Origin: Nitrospirota bacterium
GTDB lineage: Bacteria > Nitrospirota > Thermodesulfovibrionia > Thermodesulfovibrionales > UBA9159
DNA length: 64,000 nucleotides
Reading direction: 5' to 3'
NCBI GenBank assembly: GCA_963699545.1
Contig: CAVOUE010000009.1
Span: 1-64,000 of the forward strand
Every line of letters begins with the position of its first letter. The stretch's first letter is position 1. Below, piece by piece: positions 39,868 through 51,109 of this stretch. The notes under the pieces are model-generated. The model saw only the letters and a list, made by a program, of their open reading frames with translations. It ran no database searches and was not told the DNA's origin. Made by a program: the position numbers and the translations under genes.

Positions 39868-42539
39868 ATGCCAAAGGTAACGATAGACGGAAAGACAGCA
39901 ACCGTTCCCGATGGGATAACGGTCCTTGATGCTGCGAGGAGAACTGCATATCTCTATTCCGACCCTCTGCCACCATCCCAAACTCACCCCCTTCGGGGGT
40001 TGCAGGCTCTGTCTGGTAGAGATTAAGGGAATTCCCCGACCGGTGACTTCCTGCACCACTCCTGTGAGCGAGGGGATGGAAGTGACCACGAGCAGCCCGA
40101 CCCTGCAAGGCCTGAGGAAGACGGTTCTTGAACTTATTCTCTCTGACCACCCGAACGATTGCATGGTATGCGAGAAGGCCGGGAGACTGCACCCTTCAGG
40201 AACTCGCGTATTCCTACGGCATCAGGGAAAACAGGTTTGAGGGTGAAAGAAGAACCTATGCAAAACGGGACGGAAATCCCTTCGTCGAACGGGATATGGA
40301 AAAGTGCATCATGTGCGGCAGATGTGTTAAGGTCTGCGACGAGGTTGAAGGTGTTGGAGCCATCGATTTTGCCTACCGCGGATTTAAGTCAAAGATATGC
40401 CCCCCCTATGAGAGAGACCTTGACTGCGAATTCTGCGGACAGTGCATCGCCGTTTGCCCCACAGGCGCCCTCACCGGCAAGTCCTGGAAACAGAAGGGAC
40501 GTCAGAAAGATGTTAAGGAAGTTGAGACCACCTGCGGGTATTGCGGTTGCGGTTGCAGTCTCACCCTCCACGTTCATGGGAACGAGGTCATCAGGGTCGA
40601 TTCGAAGGCTGACACCATCAATGAAGGATGGTTATGCGTGAAAGGCAGGTTCGGCTATAGCTTCATCGCCAGTCCGGAGCGCCTGACCAAGCCCCTCATA
40701 AAAAAGAACGGGACGTTCGCGGAAGCATCGTGGGACGAAGCGCTGGATTATATCGCGGAACGGCTAAAGGGCATCAAGGAAAGACACGGCGCTGACTCCA
40801 TCGCAGGACTGTCTTCAGCCAGAGCTACCAACGAGGAAAACTATCTCTTCCAGAAATTCATCAGGGGAGCAATCGGCACCAATAACGTTGACCATTGCGC
40901 CCGGTATTGACACAGCGCAACGGTGGCCGGTCTGGCCACGGTTTTCGGCTCGGGAGCGATGACGAACTCTATCAATGAGATAGTGAACAATGACGTCCTT
41001 TTCGTGATCGGTTCGAACACGACAGAGACCCATCCCATCATCGGCCTGAAGATGAAAAAGGCCTTCAGACGAGGAGCGAAACTGATCGTGGCGGATCCGA
41101 GAAGGATACCCCTGGTGAGCTTTGCCGACATCTGGCTCCGGCAGAGACCGGGTACGGACGTCGCACTCCTCAACTCCATCATGCATGTGATACTGAAAGA
41201 GAGTCTTGAGGACAGCGAATTCATTAAGAACCATACGGAAGGGTTCGAGGCATTCAGGTCCTCCCTGGCCGAGTTCACACCGGATATGGGCGAGAAGATC
41301 ACGGGAGTTCCGAAGGAAAAAATAAGAGAGGCCGCGCTGCTTTATGCAAATGCGGAACGGGCGGGCATCTATTACACGATGGGGATGACCCAGCACACCC
41401 ACGGAACGGATAATGTCTACTCGATAGCAAATCTTGCATTGATGACCGGCAACCTCGGGAGGGAAAGCGTCGGAGTGAATCCGCTGAGAGGGCAAAATAA
41501 TGTCCAGGGCGCGAGCGATATGGCGTGCGCTCCGAACTTCCTCCCCGGATACCAGAAGGTCGACCTGCCCCAGTCGAGGGAGAAATTCGAAAGGGAATGG
41601 GGTGTTTCCCTCTCCGGCAAGGCCGGACTCACTGCCACGGAAATGACGGATGCTGCGATCAATGGGACTCTCAAGGCGATGTATATCATGGGAGAAAATC
41701 CCGTCCTCAGCGACCCTGACATGAAGCACACAAAGAAAGCCCTCGATAGCCTTGAATTCCTGGTCGTGCAGGACATCTTCCTTACGGAAACCGCAGAGCA
41801 TGCAGATGTGGTCCTGCCTGCCGCCTGCTTTGTAGAAAAAGACGGCACCTTTACCAATACCGAACGGCGGGTCCAGCGCGTCAGAATGGCAGTGAACCCG
41901 CCCGGCGAAGCGAGAACGGACTCCTGGATAATTGCAGAGTTGAGCAGGAGATTCGGGTATGAGATGAACTATAACTCTGTGGAAGAGATCATGCAGGAAA
42001 TCGGCCGCCTCTGGCCGGCAGTAGCGGGCATCACCTATGGTCACATAGAGAAACGGGGGGTGCAGTGGCCGTGTCCCACGCCAGACCATCCCGGCACGCC
42101 GTATCTTTTCAAGGGAGGGTTCCCCAGAGGAAAAGGAAGGTTTACCGCTGTAAGCTACAGACCTTCTGCGGAACTCCCCGACAATGACTATCCCCTCGTG
42201 CTTTCCACAGGAAGGCAGTTGTTCCAGTACCATACGGGCACGATGACCAGGAAGACCTCGGCCATAGAGGCAATTTCCGCGGGCCGGCCATATGTCGAGA
42301 TACATCCCGAAGATGCCCGGAAGCTCAATATTACCGACGGCCAGAAGGTCACGGTCTCCTCAAGACGGGGAAGCATCGAAATCGCCGCAAAGATCACGGA
42401 AAGGCCGTTGCAGGGCATGGTATTCATCCCCTTCCATTTCAAAGAGGCTGCCGCGAATGTCCTTACGAACACCGCTCTGGACCCTGTCTGCAAGATCCCT
42501 GAGCTCAAGGTCTGCGCGGTGAATATAAAGGTTTCATAG
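39868..42539 (+). CDS. fdhA: Selenocysteine-containing formate dehydrogenase alpha subunit (Sec TGA at 40908-40910); frameshifts near 39940 and 40180
   Basis: NuoG-like N-terminal Fe-S domains; CGYCGCGC; DHCARY-U-HSATVAGL in frame with ORF 40923-42539; PLRGQNNVQG. Confidence 0.93.
40911..40940 (+). promoter_or_regulatory. Bacterial SECIS hairpin
   Basis: GTGGCC-GGTCT-GGCCAC stem-loop starting 12 nt after the in-frame TGA. Confidence 0.8.
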
Positions 42540-42595
42540 AGCCGGCTGAAAGCCTGCGACTACATACTTAACGATTCTAAAGGAGGGTTCAAGAG

Positions 42596-44359
42596 ATGCC
42601 ATTTGATGCAACGAAGTTAGCTGACTGGCAGATTTCCGAAGAAGCTGAAAAAAATATGCCTACCCCGGAAAAGTGGCGCGAGCGGCTGGGACTGCAAAAG
42701 GACGAGATGTTACCCATGGGGCGCCTGTCCAAGATCGACTTTCTCAAGGTCATCAACCGACTCAAGAAGAATCCTGACGGAAAGTACATCGAGGTGACGG
42801 CTGTCACCCCTACCCCTCTGGGCGAAGGCAAGAGCACCACCTCATGTGGTTTGATGGAAGGTCTCGGCAAGCGGGGTGTGAATGTGGGCGGGGCACTGCG
42901 TCAGCCGTCCGGAGGCCCCACCATGAACGTCAAGGGTACCGCCGCAGGCGGTGGCAACTCTTTGCTCATTCCCATGACCGAATTCTCCCTTGGGCTCACC
43001 GGTGATATCAACGACATAATGAATGCGCACAACCTTGCGATGGTTGCGTTGACCTCCCGGATGCAGCACGAGCGCAATTACAACGACGAGCAGTTGCAGC
43101 GGCTCACGAAGATGAGGCGCCTCGACATCGACCCCACCCGCGTTGAGATGGGGTGGATCATGGACTTCTGTGCCCAGAGCCTCCGTAATATCATCATAGG
43201 CATGGGCGGACGGACCGACGGCTTTATGATGCAGTCGAAGTTCGGTATCGCCGTTGGGTCTGAGTGCATGGCAATCCTTTCGGTAGCCAATGACCTCGCT
43301 GACCTGAAACAGCGCCTGAACAACATCACCGTTGCCTTTGACAAGAGCGGCAATCCCGTTACCACAGGCGATCTCGAGGTGGGCAATGCAATGGCCGCCT
43401 TCATGCGTAATACCATTAACCCTACACTGATGTGCACGGCCGAATACAACCCCTGCTTTGTCCATGCAGGGCCTTTTGCCAACATCGCAGTGGGCCAGTC
43501 CTCCATTATCGCCGACCGTGTCGGCTTGAAGCTGTTTGACTACCATGTCACAGAGTCCGGCTTTGCTGCGGACATCGGTTTCGAAAAATTCTGGAACGTC
43601 AAGAGCCGCTTCAGCGGTTTGAAACCCCATGTATCGGTGCTGACGACTACCGTCCGCGCGCTGAAGATGCACGGAGGAGGGCCAAAGGTTGTGGCCGGCA
43701 AGGCCCTGCCCGAGGAATACACGAAGGAGAACATTGCACTTGTCGAAAAAGGCTGCGCCAACATGGTGCACATGATCAACGTCATCCGCAAGTCCGGCAT
43801 AAACCCGGTGGTCTGTGTCAATCGTTTTTACACCGATACGGATGCCGAAGTCGCTGTTGTCAAGAAGGCTGCGGAAGCAGCAGGTGCCCGTTGCGCCGAA
43901 TCCCAGCACTGGCTCAAGGGCGGTGACGGTGCGCTTGAACTGGCAGATGCGGTCATCGACGCCTGCAAGGAGAAGAATGACTTCAAGTTCCTCTATCCGC
44001 TTGAGATGAAACTGCGCGACCGTGTAGCGATCATCGCCAAGGAAGTGTACGGAGCAGACGGCGTCTCCTGGCTGCCGGAGGCCGAGGTTAAGGCCAAGAT
44101 GCTGGAAGACGACCCCAAGTATGCCGACTACGCTACCATGATGGTCAAGACGCACTTGAGCCTTTCGCATGACCCGACCCTCAAGGGAGTACCCAAGGGC
44201 TGGATGCTGCCGATCAGGGACGTTCTGATATACTCCGGCGCCAAGTTCCTGTGTCCATGTGCAGGGACCATCAGCCTCATGCCGGGAACGAGTTCCAATC
44301 CGGCGTTCAGAAGGGTTGACGTCGATGTCAATACCGGCAAGGTAAGTGGATTGTTCTAA
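42596..44359 (+). CDS. fhs: Formate-tetrahydrofolate ligase
   Basis: [34 protein letters not shown] and KTHLSLSHD motifs. Confidence 0.96.
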   Translation: MPFDATKLADWQISEEAEKNMPTPEKWRERLGLQKDEMLPMGRLSKIDFLKVINRLKKNPDGKYIEVTAVTPTPLGEGKSTTSCGLMEGLGKRGVNVGGALRQPSGGPTMNVKGTAAGGGNSLLIPMTEFSLGLTGDINDIMNAHNLAMVALTSRMQHERNYNDEQLQRLTKMRRLDIDPTRVEMGWIMDFCAQSLRNIIIGMGGRTDGFMMQSKFGIAVGSECMAILSVANDLADLKQRLNNITVAFDKSGNPVTTGDLEVGNAMAAFMRNTINPTLMCTAEYNPCFVHAGPFANIAVGQSSIIADRVGLKLFDYHVTESGFAADIGFEKFWNVKSRFSGLKPHVSVLTTTVRALKMHGGGPKVVAGKALPEEYTKENIALVEKGCANMVHMINVIRKSGINPVVCVNRFYTDTDAEVAVVKKAAEAAGARCAESQHWLKGGDGALELADAVIDACKEKNDFKFLYPLEMKLRDRVAIIAKEVYGADGVSWLPEAEVKAKMLEDDPKYADYATMMVKTHLSLSHDPTLKGVPKGWMLPIRDVLIYSGAKFLCPCAGTISLMPGTSSNPAFRRVDVDVNTGKVSGLF

Positions 44360-44377
44360 CAGTCCTCTCGTTGAAAT

Positions 44378-44416
44378 ATGGAAGGCCTCCGGGCTAATTC
44401 CCCGGAGGCCTTCCAT
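44378..44416 (+). terminator. Hairpin after fhs (probable terminator)
   Basis: ATGGAAGGCCTCCGGG-N7-CCCGGAGGCCTTCCAT, a perfect 16-bp stem with no clear U tract. Confidence 0.65.
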
Positions 44417-44490
44417 TAGGTTCTCTGACAGCCTTTGTATCGGACCGGACTGGAGACTTAACAAAAACAGGCCTGTACGAAAGACCATTC

Positions 44491-45588
44491 ATGGACAAGA
44501 GACATTTCGGACATATTGAGATCCCTCTTCAAAGGGTTCACATTGAGCTCACCAACATCTGCGATTTCAACTGCCTCTTCTGCCCGAAATCTCTTATGAA
44601 AAGACCCCCGGGCTATATGGACTTTGATCTTGCCGGACGCATTATCGATGAGATAGCGGAGAACGGGATAGCTGAGAAGATCACTTTTCATGTGATGGGA
44701 GAACCCACGCTGCATCCACGCTTCTTTGATATCCTCTCCCATGCCCTGGACAGAGGGGTGAAGGTCGGCCTCACGACAAACGGGGCAGGCCTCGGCGGTG
44801 AAGTGGGAAGACGTCTTCTGGAATACAACCTTCACCAGGTCGATATTTCCCTGCAGACGCCGGATGCCCGGTCCTTCACCCTCCGAAAATCGAGGACCCT
44901 TAGCTTTGATGCGTACCTTCGGGGCATCCTCAGGTTCTTTCATTCCTACAGGACCAAATGGCCGGAAACGACATTCAAGTTTCGCTTTCTCAACACACGG
45001 TTCCGTAAAAAAGACATGGAAGAAAAGGTGGGTCCGTTGAAGGTTATCTCTTCCACTGAAGAATTGCACACCACCTTTCATTACTGGGCCGGACACATCT
45101 ATGACATCCTCGGTGTTGAACAGGAAACGAGAGAGAAGGCAATAAGGCGCATAGAGGCTCTTGTATCATATAAATGGAACGTGGTGGAGATCTATCCCGG
45201 ACTCTTTTTCGAGACCTATGTCCTGGAGGACTGGGGAAATGCCTTCGGTGATAAGAAGATTCTCAATGCGTGGGGAGGATACTGTTTCGGCATGAGGGAC
45301 CACTTCGGTATCCTCTATAACGGAGATGTTACGCTCTGTTGCATAGACTTCGATGGCCGGACAGCCGTAGGCAGTCTTGCCAATTCATCCCTGAAGGAAG
45401 TGCTTTCCTCTGAAGAACTGGGGGCGATCATCAGAGGGTTCAGAAAGTTTCAGCTCGTCCATCCCCACTGCCGGCGTTGTCTTGGAAGCAAGTCCTTCAT
45501 CCCGTGGCTGTTCAAGCCCGTGCTTTCCGTAGGGGCCCTGAAGGTGCTGAAACCATTCTTCTACAAACATACAACGCTTTATCGGTAG
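44491..45588 (+). CDS. Radical SAM protein with SPASM/Twitch domain
   Basis: ELTNICDFNCLFCP (CxxxCxxC), GEP and C-terminal YC....GDVTLCC...CRRC motifs. Confidence 0.9.
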   Translation: MDKRHFGHIEIPLQRVHIELTNICDFNCLFCPKSLMKRPPGYMDFDLAGRIIDEIAENGIAEKITFHVMGEPTLHPRFFDILSHALDRGVKVGLTTNGAGLGGEVGRRLLEYNLHQVDISLQTPDARSFTLRKSRTLSFDAYLRGILRFFHSYRTKWPETTFKFRFLNTRFRKKDMEEKVGPLKVISSTEELHTTFHYWAGHIYDILGVEQETREKAIRRIEALVSYKWNVVEIYPGLFFETYVLEDWGNAFGDKKILNAWGGYCFGMRDHFGILYNGDVTLCCIDFDGRTAVGSLANSSLKEVLSSEELGAIIRGFRKFQLVHPHCRRCLGSKSFIPWLFKPVLSVGALKVLKPFFYKHTTLYR

Positions 45589-45748
45589 AACCCCTTTTTC
45601 CAGCGGCTCGCCTCTTCCCGGGGTCAATAGAACATCTTTGCCGCTCAAATAGTGAGAAATTCCGATGGAACTAAGAACTTCTTCCCATTCTATTCCGTTC
45701 AATTCTCTGCTATAGTGCAATCAAGAAAAAGAAAAGGAGGAAAGACAA

Positions 45749-45994
45749 ATGCTTACCTACCGGGAAGAATACAGCATTGGACAAAGGGTAAGTGCCCTGG
45801 TCCTGGGACCCGTGATCGGGCTGGTCTATGTGATATGCATGCCCTTCATGGCCATTGCAACAATCATCACCCTTTTGGCAGGACAGGTTATGGGAGGCGT
45901 CCTTGGTCTGTTGAGGGATCTCGTGTCCTTCGGATGGAGGCCTTCAGAAGCCTACCTCTCAGGAAAAAAGAGAAAGAAAAGGAACACCCGCTGA
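45749..45994 (+). CDS. Small membrane protein, hypothetical
   Basis: AAGGAGG RBS, two hydrophobic segments and a basic tail. Confidence 0.7.
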   Translation: MLTYREEYSIGQRVSALVLGPVIGLVYVICMPFMAIATIITLLAGQVMGGVLGLLRDLVSFGWRPSEAYLSGKKRKKRNTR

Positions 45995-46037
45995 TCCCAT
46001 GGGCAACCGGAATTCACCGTCAATTGAGGAGAAAAGG

Positions 46038-46193
46038 ATGAACCCGCTGAACATTGCGGACGTCGTAGAGATTCTCATGGAGAGTGCCTTTTACTTCGAC
46101 CTGAAGCTGAAAGAAAGGCACTCTCTTGCGAAGCACGTCCTCGAAATCTCTTCATGCAAACTGGGGCTCGATAGAAATTCGTATGCCGGATAG
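46038..46193 (+). CDS. Small hypothetical protein
   Basis: GAGGAG/AAGG RBS before MNPLNIADVVEILMESAFYF. Confidence 0.5.
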   Translation: MNPLNIADVVEILMESAFYFDLKLKERHSLAKHVLEISSCKLGLDRNSYAG

Positions 46194-46195
46194 AG

Positions 46196-47761
46196 TCAGT
46201 AATATATTTCCGTCCCCTTGTCTATGCTGTAGATGGAATACATCCGGTAACCCTTGATCCACGGCTGCCGCAGCGTATAGTCGTTCTTGTGCCAGAAAAA
46301 CACCCACGGGGCTTCCTCTACAATGATCTTCTCCGCCTTTTCGTAAGCGGTCATTCTCTCCTTTTCATTCCCGACGGTGTGCCCCTCTTCGATGAGCCGG
46401 TCAACCACAGAATTCTTGTATCGTGTCCTGTTCCCAGCGGGCCCCGTGTTTGATGAGTGGAAAAGGGGGAAAAGGAAGTCCTCAGGATCCGGGTAATCGG
46501 CCCACCAGCTCAGCCAGAACATGTCAGCTTCGCCTTTGTTCAGCGCCGCTTTATATGCGCTCCATTCCAGCTGCGTTATTCTTACCTTCAAACCTGTTTT
46601 TCCGATGTAGGACTGAATAAACTCCGCCATATCCACCACCTCCTGATCAGAGGTTATGTAGAAATTGATGGTCTGGCCCGCCACTCCCTCCCTTGCCACA
46701 ATCTCCCGCGCTCTGCCGGGATCATATTCATAGGGTTCAGGACTGCCCCATGCTCTCAAAAGGTCAGGCACCGGCCCTCCGGCAAGGCGACCCCTGTCTT
46801 CGAAGAATGTCGCCAGCAGTTTTTTCCGGTCAATCGCAAGGTTCATGGCCTTTCTCAGCTTCGTGTTACTGAAAGGAGGCCTCGAACAGTTCATTCCAAT
46901 ATAATATGTATTTATCCCCTTCACTGAGGCCATGAGTCCTTTCCACTTCGGGTCATTCCTGTATTTTGAATACTCCGGCGCCGGGACAGAGATCACATCG
47001 AGATTGCCAAGCTCGAACTCGGATGCCACGGTGAGGTCCTCCGGAATAACGCGGTAGACGATCCCGCCTGCCTTTGCCGGCTTGTCGAAATACCCATCCC
47101 TGCGGTCGAGCCTCAGCTCCCTGTTTGGCAGCCACTGGGCAAGGACAAAGGGGCCCGTGCCAACAGGGTGGGTGGAGAAGTCAGGTCCCCACCTCAGTAC
47201 CTCCTCTTCCGGAACAACATAGGCAGGAGGGGTCGTAAGCAGGTAGAGGAATGGGGAAAAGGGTTTTTCAAGACTGATTTCAAGGGTATGATCGTCAACG
47301 ACCTTTATCCCCCTGACATCAACTGCCCGTCCGTTCATATAATCCTTTGCCCCGACAATCTTTTCGAAGACCCAAGTGTTGGGAGAACGGGTTCTGGGGT
47401 CGAGGACCCTCTTAAAGCTATACTTAAAGTCATGAGCATTAACACTTTGATTATTAGAATATTTAGCTCTATTTATAAGGTGAAATGTATAGGTAATTCC
47501 ATCGCGAGAAATGGTCCACCGCTCAGCAATATCGGGTATAACGATCAGTCCTTCATCCAGCTTCACGAGGCCATTAAAGAGCTTCGCGGAAATGGTGCCT
47601 CCGGTCACATCCACAATTAAGGCCGGGTCAAGGGTAGTCGGGTTTGAGCTGAGCCGGTAATAGACATATCCGCTGAGCCTGTTCCGCTGCGAACAGGAAA
47701 GACAAACGAGAAGAGCCATAAGACTGAAAAGTAAGAAGGAGCGGGATGTGCGCGTCAATTC
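46196..47761 (-). CDS. ABC transporter peptide/nickel substrate-binding lipoprotein (family 5); start uncertain
   Basis: TLDPA, GLV, PDIAERW, YTFHL, GTGPF and WWADYPDP motifs; lipobox-like LSCS. Confidence 0.88.
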   Translation of the reverse strand, partial: ELTRTSRSFLLFSLMALLVCLSCSQRNRLSGYVYYRLSSNPTTLDPALIVDVTGGTISAKLFNGLVKLDEGLIVIPDIAERWTISRDGITYTFHLINRAKYSNNQSVNAHDFKYSFKRVLDPRTRSPNTWVFEKIVGAKDYMNGRAVDVRGIKVVDDHTLEISLEKPFSPFLYLLTTPPAYVVPEEEVLRWGPDFSTHPVGTGPFVLAQWLPNRELRLDRRDGYFDKPAKAGGIVYRVIPEDLTVASEFELGNLDVISVPAPEYSKYRNDPKWKGLMASVKGINTYYIGMNCSRPPFSNTKLRKAMNLAIDRKKLLATFFEDRGRLAGGPVPDLLRAWGSPEPYEYDPGRAREIVAREGVAGQTINFYITSDQEVVDMAEFIQSYIGKTGLKVRITQLEWSAYKAALNKGEADMFWLSWWADYPDPEDFLFPLFHSSNTGPAGNRTRYKNSVVDRLIEEGHTVGNEKERMTAYEKAEKIIVEEAPWVFFWHKNDYTLRQPWIKGYRMYSIYSIDKGTEIYY

Positions 47762-48821
47762 ATTGGCCCTGGGACTGTTTTGACTCGCCTTCCATTGTCC
47801 TGAAAATCTCGACCACCGACAGGAAGAGAGCAAACACGAGGGGTCCCATCACCAGACCCAGGAGTCCAAACACTTTGATGCCACCGAGCACTGTGAAGAA
47901 TATGATAATGGTCGGCATTTTGGTCCTGCCACCTATGATAAGCGGCTTCAGGATGTTATCCACCATGCTGATCACGCATACTCCGATAAGAATCAGGGCG
48001 ATGCCCTTTATGTACGCTCCCTGCAACAGGAGAATGACGCTCGCCGGCAACCAGATAATGGCGGTCCCCAGCAACGGGACAAAGGACATGAGGGCTATGG
48101 AACTCCCCCAGAAAATGGGTGATCTCATCCCCAGCACTCCAAAGGCGATGCCGCCCAGGACCCCCTGCACAATAGCCACAATGACACCGCCGTAGATGGT
48201 GGAGACGATCATATCCTTAACCTGTGACGTCAGTCTGTCCCTGTGCTGCTCTGAAAAGGGAAGGTAATCCCTGCTCCTCTGGAGGAATCGCGGCCCGTCT
48301 TTGAGGAAAAAAAAGACCGTAAAGGTCATAATCACAAAATTCGCAGCCGCGCTCATCACGTTCCCGAAACCCGCCGAGAGCCCCTCCACGATTTTCTGTC
48401 CCACCTTCTTGATATTTTCGATGAGAACCTCCTCTGAAGGAGCTTCCAGTCCGGTGTACGGCTCGATCTTCCGAACGATCTTCATCACCCTCTCATTGGA
48501 CAGCAGCGCACCCAGTGTCCTCGTGTCCGTATCAGTATTGGCCACTATGTCACTTACCTCATTGATCAGGGAATAGGAAATGTAGGAAAAAGGCCCGATA
48601 ATAACCACCAGTATCAGGAGCAGCGTTACCAGAGATGCCACCGCCTTTACCCTGATAAACCGCAGGGCAAAAACGTATACGGGATAGAAGATCACGCACA
48701 ATACCATGGCCCATGCGATGGGGGTCAAAAAGGGCTGGAATATCTGATAGGAGAGATAGCCCAGGACAGCCAGTATGGAAAAGAACATCAGGGGGTAAAA
48801 CCTGTTACTAGGAGGAGCCAC
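47760..48821 (-). CDS. AI-2E family transporter
   Basis: Multi-TM protein with FFFLKDG, DNILKP and FGLLGLVMGP motifs. Confidence 0.88.
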   Translation of the reverse strand: MAPPSNRFYPLMFFSILAVLGYLSYQIFQPFLTPIAWAMVLCVIFYPVYVFALRFIRVKAVASLVTLLLILVVIIGPFSYISYSLINEVSDIVANTDTDTRTLGALLSNERVMKIVRKIEPYTGLEAPSEEVLIENIKKVGQKIVEGLSAGFGNVMSAAANFVIMTFTVFFFLKDGPRFLQRSRDYLPFSEQHRDRLTSQVKDMIVSTIYGGVIVAIVQGVLGGIAFGVLGMRSPIFWGSSIALMSFVPLLGTAIIWLPASVILLLQGAYIKGIALILIGVCVISMVDNILKPLIIGGRTKMPTIIIFFTVLGGIKVFGLLGLVMGPLVFALFLSVVEIFRTMEGESKQSQGQ

Positions 48822-49482
48822 GGGCAGCCTCCACAAAAGAACTGAAGAGGATACGGGATAATTCGTCATCCGAACGCTCAGGATGCCACTGAACTCCAAG
48901 GAGGAACGGGTAACCGGTCAAACGTATCGCCTCCACGAGGCGATCCTCGGAAACTGCGATAACTTCGAGGCCCTGCCCCAGTTTCCTCACCGCCTGGTGA
49001 TGAGACGTGTTCACCGCACATTCCCCCTTCAGCCACTCGCCATTACCGATCACCAAGTGGTTTCCCATCGTGTGATCAACAGACGTCTTCATCTCGGACT
49101 TTATATCCTGATAGAGACTGCCTCCAAAAACAACGTTTATCAGTTGCATCCCGTAACAGACACCGAAGACCGGTTTCCTCAGTTCCATTATAGCCTTTAA
49201 CAACGCTATCTCAAAGTCAGTTCTCTGCCTCGGCACACTGCCGGCGCCGGGACGGGGTTTCTCCGAATAATAGGAAGGATCCATGTCCCCTCCCCCCGGA
49301 ATAAGCAGGCCGTCAAGAAAAGGTACATACCTGAGCGGTTCACCGCCGGGAGGAATAAGTACCGGAATCCCCCCTGCTGACAGTATGGCCGAGGAATAAT
49401 GGTGTTTCAGTCTCAGATATTCACCATCCCGGTCCATGGAAATGCCGATAATGGGCCGGCTCCCCTGCACCCTACCGTCCAT
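48808..49482 (-). CDS. Peptidase C26 / gamma-glutamyl-GABA hydrolase family glutamine amidotransferase
   Basis: PGGGD, GVCYGMQ, SHHQA and VQWHPE motifs. Confidence 0.9.
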   Translation of the reverse strand: MDGRVQGSRPIIGISMDRDGEYLRLKHHYSSAILSAGGIPVLIPPGGEPLRYVPFLDGLLIPGGGDMDPSYYSEKPRPGAGSVPRQRTDFEIALLKAIMELRKPVFGVCYGMQLINVVFGGSLYQDIKSEMKTSVDHTMGNHLVIGNGEWLKGECAVNTSHHQAVRKLGQGLEVIAVSEDRLVEAIRLTGYPFLLGVQWHPERSDDELSRILFSSFVEAARGSS

Positions 49483-51094
49483 TTCTCAATACCTTTCCAG
49501 GCCTGTCACCGGTAAAGGTCCCTTCCCATACGACCGGCGTTCCGTTCACCAGGACCGAATGTATCCCCTCAGGCTTAAGAAAAGGTTCTTCAAAGGTCGC
49601 CCTGTCGATAATGCGCTCTTCAGCAAACACCACCACATCCGCATGAAACCCTTCTTTCAGACAACCCCTCCCTGCGAGACCAAACGTTATCGAAGGGAGC
49701 AGAGTAATTTTGCGGATCGCCTCACCCATGTTCATCAGCTTGAGATCCCTGGCATATCGTCCGACGAATCTCGGGAACGTCCCGAAGCCCCGGGGATGGG
49801 GTTTACCCCTGTGGGTCGGTCCGTCCGTGGACCGCACTGAACTATCCGAACCTATCATCAAGTAGGGCCGCGCCAGAAATCTCCTGAGGTTATCCTCATT
49901 CATTGAATGAAAGATCGCACCAATCCTCAGTTTTTCCTCAATGAGAATGTCCATAAGAAATTCGACAGGCCTCTTTTTCGCCCTCTGAGAGAGAAACGAA
50001 AGCGTTTTCCCTTCCATCCACTTGTTCGACTCCGAATTCATTGATGATATGGCGATGCTGCTCCAGTCGTCCTCACCGGGGCGCTGTGACAGCACTTCAA
50101 CCTTTATCGCAGACCGTATTTCCGGGTTCCTTAACCTCTTCAGCTCTTCTTCACTCCCACCCGCATAGGTCCATGAGGGGAGCACTGCGTCAAGGTCCGT
50201 GGAAGCTGCAGTGTAAGGATACCGGTCGCATGTTACTGGCAATCCCTCCGTACGTGCACGTTCGATAACGGAAAGGGCCTCATCTATCTTTGCCCAGTTA
50301 TGGCTTCCGGCGGTCTTGAGGTGGGAGATATGCACTGCAATCCCCGACTCCCTCCCTATCTGTATGGCCTCCTCAATCGCCTCAATCAACCGGTCCGACT
50401 CGCTTCTCATGTGAGACGTATAGATGAGGTCTTTTATACACCGGGCAAGCCCGATGATCTCCCCGGTCTTCCCGTATACCCCCGGAGGGTAGATCAATCC
50501 CGTAGAAAGCCCTATGGCACCTTCACGAACAGCGTCCCTCAGGAGAGTTTGCATCTGTTCCATCTCTTCCGTGTCAGGGTCCCGGTCAGCATACCCGATT
50601 ACAGACGCCCGTATGTTCCCGTGTCCGGTCAGGGCGGCGAAGTTTATGGCAGGTCCGCTCTTTTCGAGAAGATGAAAATACTCTTCAAAGGTGGACCACC
50701 GCTCCCTGATCCCCAGTTCCCTCATATCATCTTCCCGGTGTTCACGCGCTTCACCATACAGCGGTGCCGCAGATAACCCGCAGTTACCATTGATCTCCGT
50801 CGTCACTCCCTGCGAGACTTTCCCTTCGGCCCGGCCGTCGGCCAGGAGCGTGAACTCAGAATGTGCATGGGTATCAATGAAGCCGGGAGACACCGAGAGA
50901 TCTTTCGCATCGATGATTTTCCCCGCCTTCCCCATGAAGCGGTCTCCGCCTCGTGTAATGGCTACTATCCTGTCGCCGCCTATGGCGACGTCGCCGATGA
51001 ACGGTTCATCCCCGGCGCCGTCATAGACCCAGCCTCCCCTGATCAAAATATCAATATCCACAGCCGTCCTCAATCCAGGCACGTGCAATAGCAC
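49472..51094 (-). CDS. N-acyl-D-amino-acid deacylase (D-aminoacylase)
   Basis: PGFIDTHAHS, GNCG, GLSTGLIY, SHMRSE and HPRGFGTFPR motifs. Confidence 0.9.
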   Translation of the reverse strand: MLLHVPGLRTAVDIDILIRGGWVYDGAGDEPFIGDVAIGGDRIVAITRGGDRFMGKAGKIIDAKDLSVSPGFIDTHAHSEFTLLADGRAEGKVSQGVTTEINGNCGLSAAPLYGEAREHREDDMRELGIRERWSTFEEYFHLLEKSGPAINFAALTGHGNIRASVIGYADRDPDTEEMEQMQTLLRDAVREGAIGLSTGLIYPPGVYGKTGEIIGLARCIKDLIYTSHMRSESDRLIEAIEEAIQIGRESGIAVHISHLKTAGSHNWAKIDEALSVIERARTEGLPVTCDRYPYTAASTDLDAVLPSWTYAGGSEEELKRLRNPEIRSAIKVEVLSQRPGEDDWSSIAISSMNSESNKWMEGKTLSFLSQRAKKRPVEFLMDILIEEKLRIGAIFHSMNEDNLRRFLARPYLMIGSDSSVRSTDGPTHRGKPHPRGFGTFPRFVGRYARDLKLMNMGEAIRKITLLPSITFGLAGRGCLKEGFHADVVVFAEERIIDRATFEEPFLKPEGIHSVLVNGTPVVWEGTFTGDRPGKVLRNGR

Positions 51095-51109
51095 TACGGG
51101 AGGACATCG

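Noticed and set aside
6830-40200. Many split genes (methyltransferase, pduS, TPR barrel, FecR, Fn3, fdhA) read as pseudogenes or programmed frameshifts
   Set aside because: Single-base indels are scattered across unrelated genes whose motifs are otherwise intact, and the fold-back copy reads through the 6840 break. This fits sequencing error.
40815-44488. Long antisense ORFs (496 and 548 aa) opposite fdhA and fhs
   Set aside because: These are shadow ORFs from codon bias in GC-rich, conserved genes and have no protein motifs.
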